From a virus, in IMG/VR virus record IMGVR_UViG_3300017963_000220, positions 1-64,000 of that record: DNA of 64,000 nt; one strand, written 5' to 3'. Of the stretch, positions 58,825 to 64,000 are shown piece by piece. Positions within the stretch are counted from its first letter, which is position 1. Each line of letters opens with the position of its first letter. The position numbers were made by a program, and so were the translations under genes. A model generated the notes under the pieces. The model saw only the letters and a program-made list of their open reading frames with translations. It was not told the DNA's origin and made no database searches.

Positions 58825-58846
58825 CTAGGATAGGAGGGATAGTAGA
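58825..58846 (+). promoter_or_regulatory. conserved CTAGGATAGG-type motif, copy 5
   Basis: CTAGGATAGGAGGGATAGTAGA, upstream of the MuF-like gene. Confidence 0.4.
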
Positions 58847-58848
58847 GG

Positions 58849-59991
58849 ATGCCCCGAAATAGGAAGCCATTTCGCCATAAATGGCCCAAGGGTTGGCGTC
58901 CGAGAGTATTCCGTGGTGTTGATACTGGTGCTCCTAAGGAGTTTTTCCAGGGAGCGGTGAATTCTGTGGTTCGTGATAGGACTCCAGAGGTAAACACAGT
59001 GCTGGCTGTAGGTCAGTCCCTAGGTCATACCCACGCTATATTCAAGGCTCATCCTAACTGTTGTCCTTTATGCCAGGCCCATGATGGGCGTCGTCAACGA
59101 TTGGCGACTGTCCTGACGTGGAAGTATGCCCTACCACACCCCAATTGTTGGTGCAATTGGGAGACGGAGAAGGTGGTGAGAAAGGCTGACATGTTAGCGA
59201 ACGCTCCCTTACTGGACACTAGTAAGGAGCAGCGTATAGTACACATTTTCAACAAGGCTCATAGTAAACACTCCCATTTGGTCCTACGCCAGGGACCGTC
59301 TGGCAAGAAACGCTGGATGAAAGTTGGCGAAGGCGGACCTGGGGAGGCTCGAGTCAAGGCGGTAGCCGAGAGGAGGGCTCAAAAGGATGAGCCGATACGT
59401 GAAGCGCTCCGTAAAGAGCGTAAGGCAGAACTTGAAGCTAGTCTTCAGCGCCTCAAGGCGGAGGAAGCTAAAGGAAAAGCTCCTCAGAAGGCAGCTAAGA
59501 CAGAACAAAAGCCTAAGAAGAAGGCTGAGGAACCAAAGATAGAAGTTCACGAGGATGCCAAGAAAGAGCTGAACGAGTCTGTGGATGATCTGAGAAAGAT
59601 CGATCCTGGCCAGGAGGGTGAGGTTCGAGGTCACAAAGTTCAACGTCATCCCGACGGCAAAAGATTCAAGGTCGAAGGCGTCGTGGCTCATGGCTTCAAA
59701 GCTGCTGCGTTCATTATGATGGGTATTGAGCGCGTGTCGGCTAGCTATGGTCAAACAATGGGCGGGACGATAGGTCCCGGCGCTGAGATGGCTCAAGGTG
59801 GAGAAGGTACCCGTACTATTCAGCAGGCTGGAGCGAAGACAACAGGTGTCACCGCTCAGATGGCTGAGAAGGTACGCGCCTCACGCCAAGAGAAAGCAGC
59901 AAAGCGCCAGGCTAAGACCGACGAGAAGAAGAAAAAGAGTAAACCGAAACGGAAACGCTCGAAGAAAAAGAGCAAGGGCAAAGAGGGGTAG
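58849..59991 (+). CDS. MuF/SPP1 gp7-like head morphogenesis protein
   Basis: CPLCQAHDG...PHPNCWCNW motif. Basic C-terminus. Confidence 0.65.
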   Translation: MPRNRKPFRHKWPKGWRPRVFRGVDTGAPKEFFQGAVNSVVRDRTPEVNTVLAVGQSLGHTHAIFKAHPNCCPLCQAHDGRRQRLATVLTWKYALPHPNCWCNWETEKVVRKADMLANAPLLDTSKEQRIVHIFNKAHSKHSHLVLRQGPSGKKRWMKVGEGGPGEARVKAVAERRAQKDEPIREALRKERKAELEASLQRLKAEEAKGKAPQKAAKTEQKPKKKAEEPKIEVHEDAKKELNESVDDLRKIDPGQEGEVRGHKVQRHPDGKRFKVEGVVAHGFKAAAFIMMGIERVSASYGQTMGGTIGPGAEMAQGGEGTRTIQQAGAKTTGVTAQMAEKVRASRQEKAAKRQAKTDEKKKKSKPKRKRSKKKSKGKEG

Positions 59992-60900
59992 GTGGACATG
60001 GGCCGCGATGGTAATCCTCAAGTGTTCGTTGGGAGTGGTTATCCCGATCCCGTGAACCTTCGGCAGGGTATAGAGATACTCACCGATGTTTTCGGTAGAG
60101 AACCAGATATCCAAGGACCAGAGCATCCAGATTCACCTCCTTGGGTCTTGTCTGACCCCGAAGAGATCATGGATGACTTCCGCACTCTGGTGAAGTCTTC
60201 CGTGAATGTCTTTATCGCTGGTGGTGGTACAGGAGCCGCTCGGGTGACACGTCATTTCAGATCCCATAAGACTGCCAAGTTGTCGTCTACAGTCTGTGGT
60301 AGCTCTGATGGCTTTGTCTATCCTCTGATGGCGTGGTTGTGGGGGCTCGATGCCTACTATGGGCCGAATGTCGCTGAGGCGTTCGACTCAGAGGTGGCGT
60401 CAGCCGTTCGCTCTCATGACTCGCTCAGGTGCAGTGACACGTACTCTACGGTCATAGCCACGTGTTATGACTGTAGTGAAGACTATACGGTGTTACCTGT
60501 CTGTGCTGGCGTGTTACGCCAGTGTTCTAATGTCATCACTGGGGAGCTGATATCCAGGCTCGTTGAGGAGTCACATCTACTTTTGCTCGAGGACAACTAT
60601 CCAGCCTCTCCCATGGGGCTGATCGCTTTCTACGAAGACGTAACGGGTCTTTGGGATATTATCAGGGCGACGGCGGCAGGAGAGGGCGCTATAGGTGTTT
60701 GTACTATATACGATCACTTTGGTGTCTCTCCGATGGGAATACTCCGTAATGCCTTGGACCACATGAACTTCCCAGAGACCCCTGTCTTCTACGGTGTAAA
60801 CTTTGGTCATAGGGACGGGCCGCTCTCAGTGATCAAATTTGGATCAAAATGGTGCCTCTCCTACTTTGAAGAGGCTGGCCTTTTGGTTACGGTGGAGTAA
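59992..60900 (+). CDS. hypothetical virion-module protein
   Basis: GTG start after GAGGGGTAG. Ends at TAA 60898-60900. Confidence 0.55.
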   Translation: MDMGRDGNPQVFVGSGYPDPVNLRQGIEILTDVFGREPDIQGPEHPDSPPWVLSDPEEIMDDFRTLVKSSVNVFIAGGGTGAARVTRHFRSHKTAKLSSTVCGSSDGFVYPLMAWLWGLDAYYGPNVAEAFDSEVASAVRSHDSLRCSDTYSTVIATCYDCSEDYTVLPVCAGVLRQCSNVITGELISRLVEESHLLLLEDNYPASPMGLIAFYEDVTGLWDIIRATAAGEGAIGVCTIYDHFGVSPMGILRNALDHMNFPETPVFYGVNFGHRDGPLSVIKFGSKWCLSYFEEAGLLVTVE

Positions 60901-60906
60901 ACAGCG

Positions 60907-63900
60907 GTGAAGGTATACTACTTCAGAATGAGGAAGGCGAAGAAGCCATCAAAGATGCCTGGTCTCGTTCCTATGAGAGTCACCGTTGGAAAGCGTGGCT
61001 CGAGGACTCATTTAGTTCTCCGTGTCGGACCTTCCGGCAAGAAACGCTGGATGAATCCACAGGCACAGGACTTAGGACGGGATCACCCGGTCTTCGGACA
61101 TCCTGACGACTATCGCTCCTACTACGGCATAATTTACATAAAGGAAGAGGATGTGGAGAAAGCCTTCAGTTTCGCTGAGGCTGCACGTCTATCCCTACGC
61201 GCCTTCGCTGAATGGTTACTCGCCAACAAGCCCATGAAGGTTGGAACCGACCGCTTCAAAGACCCGGAGACGGGCAAGACGGAGTTCCGAGCTGTCATGG
61301 CGAAGCCTGAAGACATATCACTCGAGAAGTGTGATGGCTTAGGCGGGCAGGTCAATGAGAATGTCCTGGAGTACCTCAAGGGTAAGGTTGTAACCATGCT
61401 CTCTGAGGACTTCAGCGAGAGCCTGGAAGGTTTCAGTACGAAGGACTTCGACGAAGCAATAGCCAAGATGGTGGATAAGCTGACCGCTCGGTCGGCTGGA
61501 GCCATGTTTGGTTTCTACGAAGCTGAGAAGAACCGAGCCTATGGTGGACCCCAGGAGGGCGAGTCTGAGCAAGACTTCAAAGAGCGCTGGAAAAGTATAC
61601 GAAGAAACATCGCGAAGATGTTACGCTGGCACGCTAGGAGACTAGCGTTAGCCTACCGTGATGATCTGAGTGAGATCATTCCTTACCAGGCGCACCCGTT
61701 CACAGATGAGATGAGTGAAGGCCCAGAGCTACCAGCGACGGCTCGAGGTGAGTATTTCGCTTTGACACGTAAGGCAGCACAGGGCGATTTGATGATACCT
61801 ATCCGTAAGGGTAAGGTTCAACAGTCACTCTTCGGTAAGATTGACAGAAAGACAGGCAAAAGGTTCCTCACAAAGGAGGAGCTAGACACGTTGATAGCCG
61901 AGCTGATGGGCTCGCGAGTGAAAATATTCGATGAACAGTCAGGCAACGCTATAGTCTACCCAGTCCCCATCAAAGGTGACGTTCCGGGTAAGTACGCGAA
62001 GAATGTGTGGCAGTTTGGTCTAGTGGATGTAATTGTTCCTATCACCATGGGTATCATGAGGAGACATGGTGTTACCTCCCAAGAGCTTCAACGCTGTCTA
62101 GGCGCAGCTTTGGTGGGTATGTTGGAACGCCTGGGTCAGTATACAGCCGCGCCTGGTACTGAGAATTCAGGGCAGAAGTTCAAGGTCTATCAAGTCGATC
62201 CCGCCTTAGCTCTCATGGAGTACGTAGCCAAGTGGGCTGTACGTCATGTGGAGACGGAGGCAGTCAACATACGCGGTGAGCGTGAAGGTGATGAGTGGCG
62301 AGCCCGTATGACTGTAGGTCAGCGTTACGGTGGCCAACAGGGTGACTTCCGGCTCATGAGGGCAATATACGAGGAGGCCCAGCGGCGTAGTGTCGCTATG
62401 GGTATCTATGAAGAGCCTTCACCCCAATTTATGCACGAGGTTGGTAAGGAGTTCCGAGGTTCAATCGAACGCCTGGTCGACTTGTCAAAATGGGAGGATA
62501 AACCTGACGATGCCTGGGAAGAGTGGCTGAAGGAAAAGATTACTAAAGGTATCTACACCGTAGGCTATGATCCCCATGCCGGTGAGGACGACGAAGAGGA
62601 ACAAATTCACATTTCAACTGGTCAGATTTATCGAGACGCTCAAATTATGTCTCACATTGGCTCGCAGCGTCCTAAGACGGTAGGCCAGATTGGAGAGATG
62701 AGTCATCAGATTCGTCGCTATGAACGTGATGAACATGGCAACTTCGTCAGAGGCTTTCGAGACTTCTCCACTGGACATATCAATCCAGACCCCATGGGGC
62801 CACTGGTACTCATGGAGGAGTTCAAGAGAGACAAGGATGGCACCTTTCTCCGTGAGGAGACTGGAGTCACGCGGAAGAAGGAAGACCTCAAGGTTGGTAC
62901 AGTCTACCAGGCGCAGGACGGTACAGTCCGCGTCCGGACCTCGGAAGGTTCGGAGGAAACTGTCATAGCCAATCCGTACAATGTACATTGGCGTGAGACC
63001 AGAGGCGGCATGGTTGAGAAGACGGGTGACCTAGTACCTAATCCTGATTCCTTTACCTACGTTCGTGGTGGTACGTCTATTTCGGCTGCTCAGATTGAGA
63101 AGGCTGAGGTTCAGGCCAAGCTTCGGCTCGAGGCTTTGACTCGAGCCGCTGAGGCTGGCTGGCTCACAGCAGAAAAGGCGCGAGCTTTCGATATGTTGTA
63201 CTCTCGTGGTACAGCTTTGAGCCCTCATCAGGAATATTATGATGACACACGGCACATCAATAAGCTCGAGTCTGAGTACGCCAAGCTCAAGACGCTTTTG
63301 GAGCCACTGTCCCTCAAGTCTTACTATGATAAGCACTATAGAGCCGCCAAAGGCCACAAGCCGTCAAAGGATGAGACGTTTCAGAAGCCTAAGAAACTCT
63401 CACTCATCGAGCAGAACAAAGCCAAGCTGATAGCTCAGAACATCGCGGCTGGGAAGTCTGGTAGTGATCTGAGACGGATCAAAGCCCAGGCTGAAGCCGA
63501 GCACAAGGCTAACATTGAACGCTATATTGAGCTGGCTAGCGAACTCCGGGGGCTTTCTCCTACAGTTCATTTTCCTGATGCTGCTCCACCGTCTATGTGG
63601 ACCGAGGGTATGTTGAATTACCCTGGTGTACCTGTAGACGATTCTGGTCGACCGATGCGCGAGCTACTTCTGTCAGCGGAAAACTTCGCTGATGAGCCTG
63701 AGCGACATCTGGGTGGTAACTTGTCTTTTAGTATTGTGAAGCAGATAGGTAGGCCGCCTCCGCGTGTTCAGGAGACCAGTGTCAAGAAACGCCGCGCCAA
63801 TGAAAACTTTGACGTGGCTTTCCATATGGCTCTCTGCAAAGAGCTGGAGAGCCCACGGTATAAGCGTACCGTGGTGACGAGTATCGACGATCCAGAAGAC

Positions 63901-63999
63901 TTTGACAATCCTGACTTGCGCCGTGTAGCGAAGATATTCTTCGACACTGGTGACCTTCCACCTACTGTGGAGGTGGAACGTACCCATTTACCTGGGAAG
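60907..63999 (+). CDS. giant ORF, 5' partial (more than 1030 codons, runs off window end); absent from the ORF track
   Basis: I translated frame 1 line by line from 60901 to 64000 and found no stop. GTG60907 is 9 nt after GGAG; ATG60928 is an alternative start. Contains LVLRVGPSGKKRWM. Confidence 0.7.
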   Translation, partial: MKVYYFRMRKAKKPSKMPGLVPMRVTVGKRGSRTHLVLRVGPSGKKRWMNPQAQDLGRDHPVFGHPDDYRSYYGIIYIKEEDVEKAFSFAEAARLSLRAFAEWLLANKPMKVGTDRFKDPETGKTEFRAVMAKPEDISLEKCDGLGGQVNENVLEYLKGKVVTMLSEDFSESLEGFSTKDFDEAIAKMVDKLTARSAGAMFGFYEAEKNRAYGGPQEGESEQDFKERWKSIRRNIAKMLRWHARRLALAYRDDLSEIIPYQAHPFTDEMSEGPELPATARGEYFALTRKAAQGDLMIPIRKGKVQQSLFGKIDRKTGKRFLTKEELDTLIAELMGSRVKIFDEQSGNAIVYPVPIKGDVPGKYAKNVWQFGLVDVIVPITMGIMRRHGVTSQELQRCLGAALVGMLERLGQYTAAPGTENSGQKFKVYQVDPALALMEYVAKWAVRHVETEAVNIRGEREGDEWRARMTVGQRYGGQQGDFRLMRAIYEEAQRRSVAMGIYEEPSPQFMHEVGKEFRGSIERLVDLSKWEDKPDDAWEEWLKEKITKGIYTVGYDPHAGEDDEEEQIHISTGQIYRDAQIMSHIGSQRPKTVGQIGEMSHQIRRYERDEHGNFVRGFRDFSTGHINPDPMGPLVLMEEFKRDKDGTFLREETGVTRKKEDLKVGTVYQAQDGTVRVRTSEGSEETVIANPYNVHWRETRGGMVEKTGDLVPNPDSFTYVRGGTSISAAQIEKAEVQAKLRLEALTRAAEAGWLTAEKARAFDMLYSRGTALSPHQEYYDDTRHINKLESEYAKLKTLLEPLSLKSYYDKHYRAAKGHKPSKDETFQKPKKLSLIEQNKAKLIAQNIAAGKSGSDLRRIKAQAEAEHKANIERYIELASELRGLSPTVHFPDAAPPSMWTEGMLNYPGVPVDDSGRPMRELLLSAENFADEPERHLGGNLSFSIVKQIGRPPPRVQETSVKKRRANENFDVAFHMALCKELESPRYKRTVVTSIDDPEDFDNPDLRRVAKIFFDTGDLPPTVEVERTHLPGK

Positions 64000-64000
64000 C

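Noticed and set aside
60898-60907. Stop-codon readthrough fusing 59992-60900 to the giant ORF.
   Set aside because: Being in the same frame across a single TAA is suggestive, but an SD-like GGAG plus GTG60907 gives an ordinary start. There is no readthrough context I can support from sequence alone.
1-64000. Prophage or lysogeny module (integrase, repressor, att site in a tRNA-like sequence).
   Set aside because: No integrase, recombinase or CI-like motifs were recognised. The tRNA-like sequences are multiple, divergent and all upstream of RBSs, which is unlike an attP core.

Overview
The window reads as the left ~64 kb of a large, probably linear, tailed dsDNA phage genome. All credible genes are on the + strand, most have strong AAGGAGG-type ribosome-binding sites, many junctions are ATGA/GTGA overlaps, and I saw no integrase or repressor. 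Layout: (1) 1-123, a 13-bp tandem repeat cut by the window edge. (2) 0.2-9 kb, about 19 small early ORFs plus an SF2 helicase, with every real intergenic gap holding a tRNA-like module. (3) 9-24.6 kb, replication and recombination: DnaB-like helicase, primase, UDG-exo-PolA, ParB-like protein, RecA-like protein, Mre11/Rad50-like pair, RuvC-like protein. (4) 25.3-30.4 kb, a 7-deazaguanine DNA-modification cluster: QueD, DpdA-like, ParB-domain protein, QueE, FolE2. QueC sits apart at 58.1 kb. (5) 30-43 kb, MT-A70 methylase, ThyX, MazG-like protein and predicted exported hydrolases. (6) 43.8-64 kb, the virion module: large terminase, portal, three very large proteins, a MuF-like protein, and an ORF of more than 1030 codons that is missing from the ORF track because it runs off the window end. 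The observations I rate highest are: (a) 14 tRNA-like elements punctuating the early region; (b) at least 45 copies of a GATC-N7-GATC inverted repeat, both between and inside genes; (c) a recurrent polybasic MKLKVKKK leader on unrelated proteins, often dual-coded with the acidic tail of the upstream gene; (d) a DpdA plus ParB-domain pair with unassigned ORFs inside the deazaguanine cluster. All functional calls rest on motifs read by eye; no database search was run.
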